Shown here in pieces: positions 26,311 through 46,086 of a DNA stretch of 64,000 bases. The notes beneath the pieces are model-generated. The model searched no databases. It was not told where the DNA came from and was given only the letters and a program-made list of their open reading frames with translations. This DNA comes from Ruditapes philippinarum (Eukaryota). The stretch is from the NCBI RefSeq assembly GCF_026571515.1, contig NW_026859562.1:372001-436000 (forward strand), written 5' to 3'. The first letter of the stretch is position 1. Each line of letters starts with the position of its first letter. The position numbers and the translations under genes are program-made.

Positions 26311-27833
26311 GGGGTTCTGTTTTCTAAACCGTCTGCCCAAATTAACCCGTAAAGGTCAATCTCGTAATCAGGTGGTCAAACATTTTGCAATATGGCAGCC
26401 AAATGCTGATATTTTTTACCTGTCCGAAGGTATCAGGTAGTTTATGTTCGTGATAAGTTTTTTATGTGTCCATCCTTGGCTTATCAACTGATTATACATA
26501 GTTATATCAAGGTATGCTTCACTTTACTTTATGGCATGTTCGATGAATGAATATGAGCATGTCAAATTCCTGGCACGATTATTGGTGGACACGCCTTACA
26601 GGTCTGTCTTCAGCGTTCACGTCATGTCATAGTATATAAACGGGTACGCTGAAGACCTTAAGCTAATCTATGGGTGAATTTTTGACTTTGTGAATGGGGC
26701 CCTATTTCAGACTCAAAACTGTGTAAAACAGATTATAGCATAAAACATGTGTTTACTTATATTAAAATCATTCAAAATGTGACCGATTTGGTAATGGCCG
26801 ATATGACTGGGCCGAAAGGTCTTGGGCCGAAAAGACTAGAAATCATCCGGACAACCCCTACTAGACGAACTTTGCTCAGTTTCAAAGTTCATATTTGATA
26901 CACGCTGGATATGTAAATATGCTCATTAAATGATGAATGAGATAGTTTAAGCATATGAAATAGCAAATAAAAATAAATAAATCAGTAAAACTGCCTAAAA
27001 ATCACATTAAAACGTACAGATTAGCAAGAATACTGGACTTTAGTGGCTCAGTTAAAACAAAATGTGACTGTATTTTATATCCTTGTCGTCTCGAATATAA
27101 GTGGAGTGCACAGACGGAAATGTCTTTCAAATGTAACTACTGTAGAAATGATATCAAGACTCTTGAAATATATATGTTTGGTTAAAAATAATTCAGTTTC
27201 AATAATTATAGGCAACAGTAAAAAAAACTATGGTATAAAAGAAATATCCAGTTACAGTAAAGATACGGTGAATTGCACGGGTTTTAACTAACCAGCTTTT
27301 AAAGCTAGCATTATTTTGTATTCGTACAGAAAATTTAGCTTTTTATTCTTGGCACATTTTAATTAAACTTTGCTGAATGTAATATCACCCATAAATTAAG
27401 ATCCGTCATACTCGATATCTTCCCTTATTTTTATAAATAACCAATATAATTCAATATGAAAATATTCGAATTTTTGGTCAGTGCTCGCTAAATGAATTAA
27501 TTTTGTAGATTTTTTTTATATATTGTAAAGTATTAAAGTATGATGTGTCATTATTTTGTTCACATGCGATGGAAAGTATTTAGAAATACAAAGTACACTT
27601 ATGTTACAATTATTAACTTATTTTTGAAAATATCAGAACGAAATGCAAAATTGTTTTTATCAATATCAGTTTGTCTGTTTATTATTTTATATATATGTCA
27701 GACCTCTTGTTGGAGACCTAGACATACATAGCACTTCTTGTTAACGCCAGATAACTGCTTCCTTATAATTGTTCTAGAGTGCATTGGCCCCTGGACCTCC
27801 AGAATAACTTTAACCCTACACCTCTTAACTGGA

Positions 27834-28276
27834 CCCTAGTCCAACTAATTGTACTCCGTGACGAGATATTGTGCTATTTTCGTGTCTGGGCAATATCTCG
27901 CCGTTAAAGCGAGATTCTGGCCTAGAACAAAAATATCTCAGAATCAACTTTGGCACGTCAATATATTTTGACTAAACTGGACCCCTCCTGTTTGTCACTG
28001 TCCTAGGTAAAAAGATCTAGTCCTTCATTGAACGGCATGCCATTTTCTTTTTTCTACAGTTTTACGCTTATCGGAAAAAGCAAGTTTTACCAATGTAAAA
28101 AATCTAAGCTTCAAATCAGCAATTTACGTCTAAATATGCATTAATAGGCTTAATTAGCCTTGTTAATTTCGCATGAATGGTTTGACCAATTTTACAGACT
28201 GTTTTTTTATATACTGTCAAACAGTTGTAAAAAAGACATAACCCATCAAAATTATCTTTATGTCTCTTTGAGAAGT
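27834..28276. mobile_element. MITE with TIR ctagtccaactaat
   Basis: ctagtccaactaat ... attagttggactag. Its left part recurs, split in two, at 43988-44012 and 45209-45325. Confidence 0.65.
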
Positions 28277-29138
28277 CTTATTAGTTGGACTAGCCCTAGG
28301 TAGTCCTAATATGTACATGTACACTCCAACGTCTTATCGACTCGTACATAAGTACCTTTAGCAAAACACGAGAGAATAAACAGACATCAACCACTTTGAT
28401 CTGTCCATTCTCTCATAATAATATAATGAACATTTTTATGCCCCCAAAGGGCGGCATATTAAAATGATGTACCGTCTGTCTGTCCTTACAAACATATATA
28501 GATACTTAGGTGGCTATGGAAGCAATAGGTAACAGTAAATTTCCTTTGATGCTATTCATTCAATAAGCTCTTATGTGGCTACTTTTTCTGTTACGTGGCT
28601 AAAAGAACATTGTTAGAGAGAACAAAAGAGTAGCTGCTTAAATACCTAACTTTGAGGACAGACGTCTGTGCATCCCAACTTTATTCGTGTCCGGACTGTA
28701 ACTTTGTCATACATTGAGGTATTTTTGAAAAAGCTTGGCACAAATGTCTACCACATCAAAACAATGTGTTGCATCCAAGACCCTTATCCAAAGGTGTTAA
28801 GTTTGCTATAAATAGCACTTCATTTCACAAAAACAATTTTAAGCAATTAGTTTCTTTTATTCTCTTTTCTTTTCATAATACCTGCATGCTTAAGAAACCT
28901 TTTCAGGGGCATTTGTCAATATCATGACAGGTTGACAGCTCTTGTTTTGAAGTATCTTGTTAAATGTACTGCCAAATTATAAGTATTGTCATACGTAATA
29001 ATATATATTAGCTAATAATGAAATACCATTGATTGTCGTAGTAATATAGTTACACTTTTATTCTTTTCTTTACAGTTTCAATCTTGAACGTAATGCTATT
29101 AGCAAGGTGGAGCAGTAATTGTAAAGGAAAAAGCTACC

Positions 29139-34874
<5,736 letters not shown>

Positions 34875-35023
34875 AGAATACTTCATTATGAAATCAGTGC
34901 CTACTTTTGAGAAAGCTGAAGGATTTAACTATTTTAGAAAATACAATTTAGAAAAAGTAGAAAATAATTATTAGGAAGATCATATTTATTATTGAACATT
35001 TAAGCAATTGGAACATCAGTATT

Positions 35024-36027
35024 TTTTAGCTCGACTATACAAAGTATATATAGAGCTGGCCTACTCGCCCCGGCGTCCGCGTCCAGATTTTAGATTAAAG
35101 TTTTGGTGCAGTAAAATATTTTTCACTATTACTTTGTCATTTCTCAAGGTATCAACTTCAAACTTCAAATATATGTTCCTTATCATCAACCACATCTTAT
35201 GTGACAAGGTTCATAACTTTAGCACCAATATTTTCAGATTTATCTCCCCTTGAACTTAGAATTTTCCTTAAAAAATACTATTTTTTACTGTTACTTCTTT
35301 ATTTCTTAAGGGATCAACCTCATACTTCAAATATATGTACCATATCATCATCCCCATCTTATGTGACAAGGTTCATAACTCTAGCACCAATATTTTTAGA
35401 TTTATCTCCCCTTGAACTTAGAATTTTCCATCAAAAGTATTATTTTTTACTGTTACTTATTTATTTCTAAAGGGATCAACTTCATACTTCAAATATATGT
35501 ACATTATCATCATCCACATCTTATGTGAAAAGGTTCATAACTCTAGCACCAATATTGCAAGAATTATCTCCCCATAAACTTAGATTTTTTTACTAGAAAA
35601 ATGTTATTTTTTACTATAACTTTTTTATTTTTAAAGGTATCTACCTCAAACTTCAAATACTTATTCCTTATCATCAATTACATTTTATGTGACAATGTTC
35701 ATAACTCTTGAAGCAATATTTACAGATTTATCTCTCTTTGAACTTAGGATTTTCTTTAAGAAATATAATAACTTCTTTACTTTTTAAGGTACAATGTATC
35801 TACTTCAAAACTTCAATATATATTTTCTTATCATTACACAAATGTTGTGTGACAAGGTCCATAACTCTAGCATGACTATTTCTATAATTATTCCCCAACA
35901 AATGTTATTTTTTTACTATAACTTAATACATAATTATACATAATTGATGTTTCTTTCATAGTTTTGCCCTTACTGCGTCCAGTATTTTATTAGTCGAGCT
36001 TCGCTGTCTCCTGTGACAGCTCTTGTT
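35024..36027 (-). mobile_element. Helentron/HINE-like element with ~5 tandem ~162-bp repeats
   Basis: Subterminal IR agctcgacta / tagtcgagct; end ctgtctcctgtgacagctcttgtt; repeated tgtgacaaggttcataactctagcaccaata. Confidence 0.75.
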
Positions 36028-36260
36028 ACAGTTAAATCGGCTTTACTATTAAAAGAATAGTACAATTATTTTCAGGCAAATTATTACAAAAAAGGTTGCA
36101 CTTTACCGTGTACTGTGTTTCAACCTTGTTAAAGTTTATGTCCAATTTTACATCAAGCTTTGATAACATTCAGAACTACATACATGTCTTATTAGTCACT
36201 GTCCAAGTTCCATAGCCCTTGCATGGGTTTTCATTTATAGCCCTGTTTGTGAACTTTATT

Positions 36261-36448
36261 TGAGCCGTGTCATGACAAAACCAACATAATGGGTTTGCGA
36301 CCAGCATACCAGCTTACAAACCCTATAACAAGTAGAGAAACTGATAGTGAACATCATGGATCCTGATCAGACTGTGCAGATTCTTAGGCTGGTCTGGATA
36401 CATGCTGAGGGGCAAACCCCCTTAGTTGGTTTTGTCCCTGGCGCGGCT
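36261..36448. mobile_element. Second copy of the palindromic MITE (right arm noisy)
   Basis: tgagccgtgtcatgacaaaaccaacataat..catggatcctgatcagactg..ggctggtctgga matches 13396-13632. Confidence 0.75.
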
Positions 36449-39400
36449 TTATTTGTTTTTTATTTGCTGGCCAAAGGTTTTGGAAAAAGTTTCTTGTTTT
36501 TCCAAATGCAGAAAAATTAAAACCTTTCAAATTTCTCCATTCTTCTGGGGCCCAAAATTGTAGGGCAGGGGACAAAGACAAAATTTAAAATCTAAACCAA
36601 GTTTTGGAAATTTAACCTTTTTTTCAAAAGGGAAAAAATTTTTTATGGGCAAGTATTTGGGGAAAGTTTAAAATGTTTTGACCCAAATTTTGGTTTTTAA
36701 AAACGGTATTTTAAGAAAAAACATTTTTGGGGGACCCATCCCTTTACTAATGTTTAAATTTCCCGTTGGGTGAAAAGTTAGGGGATTTTTGGGAAATTTG
36801 ATTTATATTTCTCCTTTTCTTTAAATCCCTTTTACCCCAGTAAATTTCTATTTTTTTTATTTAAAAATAATTTTGTTAAAGTTTAAATTTTTATATCTGT
36901 TATGAATGTAAATATTATATCTTTAATAGATTGTTGTTACATCTCATTTATAGTACTTGTACATTATTGTTATACAGTAGAATTTTAACATCTACCATAC
37001 GGTAAAAATAAAACATTTTATCTCACCTGTGCATATACCGTGTGTTGTGTGAACTGTAAAAATTGATGACTGTCATTTCACTGTTTTTAAATTGTCTTAA
37101 ATAATTTTAAATGGCGAAAATATTTAAAAAAAGATCTTAAGAAATTTTTAGACTTCAAAATATGCTGCTGGGAATTTAAAAAAAAAATCTTTAGAAATCT
37201 TTGTGTTTATGCCTTATTTTCTTTTTTGTATTTAGCATCATCTAATGGTCCTCTATTTTAGATGCTTTAATCAGAGTTGAGGTCAATATTGATGGTGTCC
37301 CAGGAGTCAACATATTTAAATTTTTATGTACCTCATGCATTTATTTGCCAATTTAGTGCCCTAGAGAAAAAACTCTAACCTAGGGTCACTTATTTCTCCA
37401 ATTATTGTTCATAATTAACGCTTTATTAAGAAAGTTATGCCCAAAACTAAGTTTTAAGTTATAAAAATCAAGTACATTTTGTATATGTGAACTTTCACCT
37501 CTTGTTTTAATGGTGACAATGACTCTTTTTGATTGAAATGCTTGCATTTTTTCAAGCTTGGCTTTTCAAATTTTAAGGGTCTTATGTGCTTCCATGAGTG
37601 GAATGAAAGGTTGACTCGGTGACTGCCCAGTGATCAATGTTTGTGAAATTTTAGCTTTAGTAATCTAATTTAGACCACTAGTGTCCTTGGTGACCTTGAT
37701 TGTGAGCCATTTCTTTTCCTTGCCTCTCTCTCTTGTCCTTGGAAAGACTGAGATAGTAATGGTTTGCAAATGCCTTTGAGGACTGAGGAGTTGACACACA
37801 GAATAAAAACCTTCTAAAGGTTTGGGTAGTAATTTAATATAAGGTACATGTATATACAATAAGTTCATCAATCTTTTCAGGGTTTGGGTTGAAATGACAG
37901 TCAAATACCACTTGTCAAGGGCTTACATGTTCATGGTATATGGCCTAAGTATATTACTAATAATCTTGCAAGAGCTTACGCCATTGGAAGGTGTATGCCA
38001 CTAGTATAATGACCTCTTTATGTCTTTAACTGCTGTGTGTTTTCATCCTGCCAAGAAACTTGATTACTTTTATGCAATAGCTTGGTTACATATTCTCAGG
38101 TGACTGCCAATGGCTGAAGTAACTAATTCTTATTCAACCAGTAGAGCTTGTGAAGCACTGAACAATTCTCACAGCGTCAATTTAAAAAACCAGTCTTCCT
38201 TACCATTAATTTTCCTTAAAGAGTTTTCTTTGTCTCCAAGAAATCTTAAAACAGAACAATTAAATTTCCAAATTGACTTCATATAATTGTTGTGAGGAAA
38301 TCTTAGTCTCAAATTCAATATGCATTGTAAACATTTGTTTGAGATATTATTATTGCATCATTAAAATGGATAATTCTTTGAAGTCTTTCTACAGCACTGT
38401 GTACTTTTGACTATATTACTATAACTAAACAGTTGAGATTCTTCATCCAACACAGCAGTATTGTGTAATAAAGCAGCGATAGTAAAAAAATGATAATACT
38501 AATTTTGTGTGTTCATTTCTTGAAAACAGATATTCATATTTTTGTTGACATGCCTTAATTTATTTATCTTAAAAATATATATTCTTGTTATATTTTTAGT
38601 GTCATAAAATTTAAAATAATAAACATTAAAAATCTCAGGGAAAATTGTTATTTATACCATTTACATCAGTGATACTTCAGATTTTTTATTTCCTGTTAAC
38701 AATTAGAGGATATTTATAAAATTCTTCATACAAGAACTCTCTCAGCATGTTAGAAAATGATACACCTGGAATAAGTGCTGTCTTGAGATATACAATGTTA
38801 AATTGTGACTCAATTGAAAAATAGAAGAAAACAACCAGACCAAGTTTATTCATCAGACAAGGATTAAGGTGTCACTGTGAGCTTAAACCTAGTAACCTCT
38901 TAATAAATAGGAGTCATCAACTTGCCATGGGCAATGTTCCTACCACGCATCAGTGTGAGCTTCACCTTTGATTTAATAGCCTCATAATAGATATGGGTCA
39001 TCTACTGGCCATGGACAATGTCCCTAACCAGTTTTGCTTATTTGCTCTCAAGTTATTGACTGGTCAAGGATATTCCAACAGTGTCAATGTGACCTTGGCC
39101 TTTGACCTTAGGACATTCAAACTCATGATAGGGGTCATTTACTGGGAATGGGCAATATCCCTCCAAAGTTTCACAAATATAGGCTAATTCCTTCTTGTGT
39201 TATTAATAGGTCAAGGATTTCCACTTAGTGCTATTCACTGATTAAGCTGTTTAATTTTTGGTATTTAAGAATTGTTGATGGCGGTCTATAATCTTGTTCA
39301 TGTTAAGAGTATAGAAAAAGCAGTAACATGTAGCTCACATTAGTACATTTGTTACACAGAAAGAAATGCTTTACATTAATGTATAGATCAAGATTGTCCA

Positions 39401-39479
39401 AACCAACAAGTACTTACTCCCCTGAATGGTGGTGGTGTCATTGTTTTCACTCAGAATTACAGCAGGAGGCCCCATTGAA

Positions 39480-39728
39480 TTTACAAAAGTACAGTTCAGC
39501 CACCACATCATTCCTTGGCAGGCTGTCAAGCAGTTTACCAGTACCAGTTGCCTTCACTTTCACATGGAACTGATAAACTTCTATACATGCCAGAGCAGAG
39601 GTACAGTTTTGAATGACCATAGAAGGATTTTATGATTAATCACAATGAAAGTGACCTGCACCTTCCAAGAATCTAACCCGAATTGCCAGATTCGGTCAAA
39701 TGCTCAACCTATTGAGCTAATCGAACAG
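39480..39728 (-). mobile_element. Old tRNA-derived SINE, family 2
   Basis: Minus-strand head ctgttcgattagctcaataggttgagc (A box) ... gggttagattc (B box). Confidence 0.5.
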
Positions 39729-40024
39729 TGTAATTCGTCACAAATGAAGTGTACACCTGGGTTTCCAACATTTAAGCATTATGAATTATAAAGGAAATAC
39801 AATTGAAACATGCTTAAGAATTTATTATAAAATCCAACATGCACACATATTCATTGCACATACAATGTTTTTATATTGACAACTAAATACTTCATTAATA
39901 TTATACAGGAATGTAAAGTTCATATGTAAATTATGTTATCACAGTCTTTATAAACAATATATTCTAACCATATATAATAATAAAGGTCTCTATAAAGGTC
40001 TCTAATCCTACCCAACAGTTTGCG

Positions 40025-43000
40025 TCAAGATTGGCTTGGATGTTCATCATTCTCTCTGAAAATAAAACGTGATTATGTAGGGATTAAAAACAACAAAAAA
40101 CATAAAAAAGTTCACTATTCTTTCAATAGAATACATGCAATATTGAATAATAGTTATGATAGTGAATATTGCATGGGCTGTTTTGGCAGGTTGTATCACT
40201 CAAGTTAATAATGTAAATGGTTCTCCCATGACCCTGTGGGGAAAGTGTGAACCCCATTCAACACAATCTAAAAGACAGATAAAATCCATCAATGTTGCAC
40301 ATCCCTGTAATTTTCATTTTACTTTATTCAAATGCTTAATTACCTAAACATAGACTAGAATTGTATATGGATAGTTTACCTTTGACCAAGACATAGACTA
40401 GGATTGTATAGGGATAGTTTACTGTAGAATTGTATATGGATAGTTTACAGTTGTCCTAGACATAGACTAGAATTGTATATGGATAGTTTACCATTGATCT
40501 AGACATAGACCAGAATTGTATAGGGATAGTATACCATTGTCCTAGACATAGACTACAATTGTATATGGATAGTTTACCATTGATCTAGACATAGACTAGG
40601 ATTGTATAGGGATAGTTTACCATTGTCCTAGACATAGACTACAATGGTATATGGATAGTATACCATTGATCTAGACATAGACTACAATTGTATATGGATA
40701 GTTTACCATTGATCTAGACATAGACTAGGATTGTATAGGGATAGTTTACCATTGTCCTAGACATAGACTACAATTGTATATGGATAGTTTACCATTGATC
40801 TAGACATAGACTAGAATTGTATATGGATAGTTTACCATTGATCTAGACATAGACTACAATTGTATAGGGATAGTTTACCATTGATGTAGAATTAGACTAG
40901 AATTGTATATGGATGGTTTACCATTGACCTACACATAGACTTGAATTGTATAGGGATAGTTTACCATTGAATTGTATAGGGATAGTTTACTGTTGATCTA
41001 GACATAGACTAGAATTGTATAGGGATAGTTTACCATTGATCTAGACATAGACTAGAATTGTATATGGATAGTTTACCATTGACCTAGACATAGACTAGAA
41101 TTGTATAGGGATAGTTTACCATTGACCTAAACATAGACTAGGATTGTATAGGGATAGTTTACCATTGATCTAGACATAGACTAGAATTGTATATGGATAG
41201 TTTACCATTGATCTAGACATAGACTAGAATTGTATAGGGATAGTTTACTGACAGAATTGTATATGGATAGTTTACCATTGACCTAGACATAGACTTGAAT
41301 TGTATAGGAATAGTTTACCATTGATCTAGACATAGACTAGAATTGTATAGGGATAGTTTACCGTTGATCTAGACATAGACTAGGATTGTATAGGGATAGT
41401 TTACCGTTGGTCATATTCCAAGCCATGATCACCAGTACTATCATAGTGAGATAAGTATTCTTGTTGAACATCTTCTTTGAAGTCTTTTATGAAATATGTC
41501 CAACATCTCACCACCTTGCTATCTACAAATAGTAAACAAATGTCATTATCATCCTTTTCCAAAAAATCTACAGAATGATTAGATTAGGCAATCTGTTCAT
41601 ATAGAATGGATATGAACTAACATAATGTCCACTATATACTGGTGTCATTGACAAGGCATTATCATAGCTTGAGGTAGTATTTAGAAAGTTAGAATTTCAT
41701 TATGACAGGGTATATGACATAAAATATCTGAAAACCAAAAAAACATTGAAGTTACTTTATTGTAACATTCTTAATTAATTTCATTGATACTACACCAGAA
41801 ATGTTTAAATAAAACTATTTGGTACATAATAAACGACAGGGAAGGTATTACCATTTTTACATTTTTTCATTATCTTTGTTTGTTTTTCTGATTCTGAACA
41901 AGTTATAATAGAACTAGTGTGTAACATTTGGTAAAGTCCTTCTGTACAATCTTGTCATAAAATCTTTTTTGACGTCACTGTTTTGTGCAGATCAGTAAAT
42001 GCATTATGAATAAAGATCAATAAAGAAACATATTTGAACCTTTTATTAATTCAACTTCTATTTCTGTCCTCTCGTAAAATTCTGGATGTCCTTCAAAACG
42101 GTCAAGTTCTTTTAGGGAATCATCGTTAACTTGATATACTTCCCCTTTCACTGCCTTTTTTTTTACATGAAAAATAAAAAAAAATCAAACTGGGCTCTGT
42201 ACAGTTGGTACAGTCACATATTCAGCAGGTCAAATTCATTCAAAGATGTTAATTTGTTTCTCCAGTGGTTACTTTAAAATGCATACTTATCAGCTGATTT
42301 CATATTTTATCATTTTACCTTAATTCTCCAAAAAAGGCACCCATGCATTTACAACTTCAAAGAATTTTTTTTATTTGGATAAATATGGTACATGAATATA
42401 TACAACAGCCTTTCAAATAGTTCTAAAGCCCCTGTTTCTTTCAGGTTTGAACAAATCAATAATCAGTAAACAGAAAATGTTAAAATTGTGCAAGCATAAT
42501 AAAGTACTAACGACATGTAAAATGTACTATTTTTATAAATGATACATGTTCTAGCAACAACTAAAATTATATTGAACTTGTATTCTGATACAACAGGTTT
42601 CAACATTGTTTGGTCACTTATTTAATCCCTTACCTTGTCTATAATCCCCAACCTTTCCCAAACTAAACATATACATGTATATGTATCTTAATTTTTCTTT
42701 GTTGCTTGAAATGAAAGAAATGTTATCACAAACTTATATATACATGTAATTTCTAATTGCATGTTACATGAATAAAACCCACTGCAGTTTAGATTGTTTG
42801 GGAAAGGTTGTGGTTATAGAGGGGGTTTGGACTGGTAGTGACCAATCAAAGCACCAAACACCTGTTCATACCTTGCCCTTTTCCTCCCTGTTCAATAACA
42901 TAGGTAAGTTCCATTGATCTCTATTTATTATTAACGGGTACTTCTTACAGGTTTCTGCTAGACCTAGAAACTCTACACATGGTAGTGAATTCATAAAGTA

Positions 43001-43063
43001 CTCATTTGGTTGACCTTTTTTCAGAGTCCCATACATAAAAACCATGTACAATGTCTCAGCCAT
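40025..43063 (-). CDS. GGACT: Gamma-glutamylaminecyclotransferase (GGACT/A2LD1, AIG2-like fold), 151 aa
   Basis: Exons (minus): 43063-42872, 42154-42040, 41522-41405, 40055-40025; 456 nt, open. Motifs VFMYGTLKKGQPN, YPLII, VKGEVYQV, LDRFEGHPEFYER (catalytic Glu), CWTYF and YDSTGDHGLEY. AATAAA on the minus strand at 39821-39826. Confidence 0.9.
40345..41410. repeat. 43-bp minisatellite (~24 copies) in the last GGACT intron
   Basis: Unit tagacatagactagaattgtatatggatagtttaccattgatc. Confidence 0.95.
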
Positions 43064-44019
43064 GATTGAAATTAATCTGTCTCATTGAATCTAAACAACC
43101 TGAAATGATAGATTTTAAAAATGATATAAGTAGGTAAGGCAAACTTTTCTCAGTTTAATTGAACAACTATTCAAAGGTCCTTGTGAAAAGGATATATTTG
43201 ATACTATTAGTAGTGTAGTAACATTGCTTTTTTTATTATTCTATGTATAACCCTAGACCAACCCAATCTTCCCATAGTACCAACTCAACAGATTTCAAAT
43301 AAAAGGGAAGACATTTAAAATCCACTCAAAATAAATTTTTACTCTTTTAATTTTAAAAATTTAAGTTTCATATACATTTTAAGTATAAGATGTTCATTTT
43401 CATTTCCTATTTTAGTAGATATATGCCCCACCTCTCTAGAATCCACATTAGAAGACTCAATTAAGTCTGAAAATTGCTAGCAACACATGGAAAGCCTTAA
43501 ACTTTGATGAATTTTTCTTTGTTGTTTGCAATGTTTTTATGGGTTCTTTTATGCAGATTTTTACAAATTATTATGTACAGTTACATATGTAGGGTCAGTC
43601 AGATGACAACATGTCTGCACTTTCATTTTGGTGCCAAAACAAAACCATCACATTGACTCAACAGTGTAATAATATACCAAAAATACTATCTCATTAAAGT
43701 CAAACCAATAATAACATTTAGATATGGATTGAGTTCTTTGGAGAGTGTGTTGTGAATGACTACTTAACAAGACCACAAGCTTTGTGAGTGTTCATGATTC
43801 ATATGTTTATATTTCTCAATTCTTTTTGCAGGACCCACTTGGATATCTGTAATAGTTGGAATGGTTAATGATTGAGCATTTTAATTAAGTTTCATTTTAC
43901 CAAAGAACTATAAACAAATGTTATATCTTTGACTTAATCACTCTTTATCTATCTATATGATCTATACCGTCTTGATCTTATACTAAACAAACTAATTGTA
44001 CTGTACAACGAGAGCAAAC

Positions 44020-45204
44020 AGGACATTTTGGCCCCAAACCAAATCGGCCCCAGTGGAAAAATCGGCCCCTGGACGTTTCGGCCATTTTCTGCAAGACGTT
44101 TCGGCCCTACTATAGTATATTGCTTGATTGATTAACAACAATTAATTTAATTACAATTAAACAATTATGACACTTTAATTCTTTAAATCATTATTTATTA
44201 TCTTTTGATCTCTTGAACCATTTAGATATACGTTAATGTTTTTAAACGTGTAACAAACAATAAATGCAGGTTAATCCTTAATTTATAAAACAAACCACTA
44301 AAACTTCTGGATTAAGAAAGTTAATTACAATTTTTCCTTAGAAAACATTTATTATCTTTTGATCTTAATTAAACTATACGTAAATTTTTCAATGTGTAAC
44401 TAGTTAACTGTTTATAGCTTTATGCTAATTGGCGGTAAGTAATATCAGAGAAAACTTCAAAAGATTTTGTTTGTTTGTGTATTATATTTTTTCAAAATAA
44501 AGTTTATGTTCTGTTCTGTTTAATTGTATTAATAAATTATTATCTATATATTTGTTTGTTTGTGTATTATATTTTTTCAAATATTAATAAAGTTTATGTT
44601 CTGTTCTGTTTGATTACTTTCCCCCTTCTATTCCTTCCCTACTATTATAACCTTATTCTTATACAAAATGATTTATACGGGGAAGTCAAAGACCGGGCCC
44701 GCGAAGCGGGTCCGGGCTTTGGCTTGCCCGGCTATAGACTACACGTGTATATTTAAAAGAAAATGAAATAAAAAACAATTAAAAAATATATAGAATTCTA
44801 TACCTATCAATGAAATTTTCAGTGTCAGTTCTAGTTGGGCGCCGCCATTTACAATGTAATAGGCGGGGTATTCCGATAACGGAACAAATCTCAACTTTTC
44901 GGATAAATGATAATCGTCGAGTGTTCCGAGTGAAAACGGAAGCGGTGCATATAATACCGAATGACACTTTTAAACGGAAAGAATGAAAGGAATTCTTAAC
45001 AACTTCCCCGTTCATAGGCTTTGCCTAAGTTCATATTATATATATCAATTGATTCATTTATTTATTGAAATGCTATGAATATACCGGTTTAAAAACACAG
45101 TACTTATTCTAGGGCCGATTTGGTAAAGGGCCGAAACATCTGGGGCCGAAACATCTTGGGTAATTTGGGGCCGATACGTCTTGGGGCCGAAACGTCTCGA
45201 AATC
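44020..45204. mobile_element. DNA element with subterminal tttcggccc/gggccgaaa repeats; contains a nested 360-bp element at 44668-45029
   Basis: Left cluster acgtttcggccc is inverted as gggccgaaacgt at the right end; a related end lies at 26790-26845. The nested element has the hairpin gaccgggcccgcgaagcgggtccgg and an inverted copy at 58148-60119. Confidence 0.65.
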
Positions 45205-46086
45205 CAAAGAGATATTGTGCTATTTTGTGTCTGGGCAATAGCTTGCCTCTTAAAAAGCGTGATTCTAACCTAGAACGAAATATCTCAGAGAATCTGGCTT
45301 TGGCACGTCAATATATTTTGACCACATGTGGAAACTGCACCACCCCCATTTTGAGTACTCCAATATATCAGGCGTTACGGGCTTGTTATTATTTTTATGT
45401 CCGTCAAGCTTTGCCCAGAAGCAAAAATATCTCAAAGCGACGTCATATTTATACATGTAGGACTACCTGTCGTAAGTTTCGAATATTTCGTGCAGGTGAA
45501 CATAGGTGCAAGAAATTGAAAGAAGAAATGTACAGAAGAAAAAAAGTAGTACAGTGGCGACGTCCCGATAAAGCTGATAATCACACTGTTTGTGTTGAAA
45601 GAAAGTCTAACACCCGATCTTTTTTCATGTCAACAATGATACAAAAGACGTAAAATTATTAAGGGGAGGTAACTTTGCAACGGAAATATTGATATAATAT
45701 TTATAATGGAAGGCCTCTTTCTAGAGCTGAACATATGGTATAATTTCATTGCTATCAGTCTTGGACGACTAAAACTGTTTCTGTTTAGTTTAGCGCTTCA
45801 TATCCAGTAAGATTTATGCACATTGCATAATTATGTGAAACGAAACACTGTATTATAGATTTATTTCCCTTTAATTCGTTGACGCCATTTGTATTGAAAA
45901 AAAGCGCATTTAACACTATCTAATCAGCTAATTACAAGTCCTGAATGTAACCTATTTTACGTTTTCCTTCATTATGTCTGATAGACATGTTGAAAAAACA
46001 TCGATACGTGTTATATTATTGAAATCACAGGAAACTGAAGTGTAACAGAAAAAACAATTTTAAACATCTATAAAAACTTAAAAAAG

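Noticed and set aside
37500-38350. Coding-like, slightly GC-richer minus-strand stretch (possible old transposase or pseudogene)
   Set aside because: Stops occur in the frames read and I could not assign any motif; it needs tBLASTx.
40345-41410. CRISPR-like regular repeats (also 61480-63170)
   Set aside because: The units are contiguous with no unique spacers, there are no cas genes, and the context is a eukaryotic intron.
45120-45653. 177-aa ORF between GGACT and the PRIM2-like gene
   Set aside because: It spans the ends of two repeats and the probable promoter, and has a non-ATG start and no recognisable domain.
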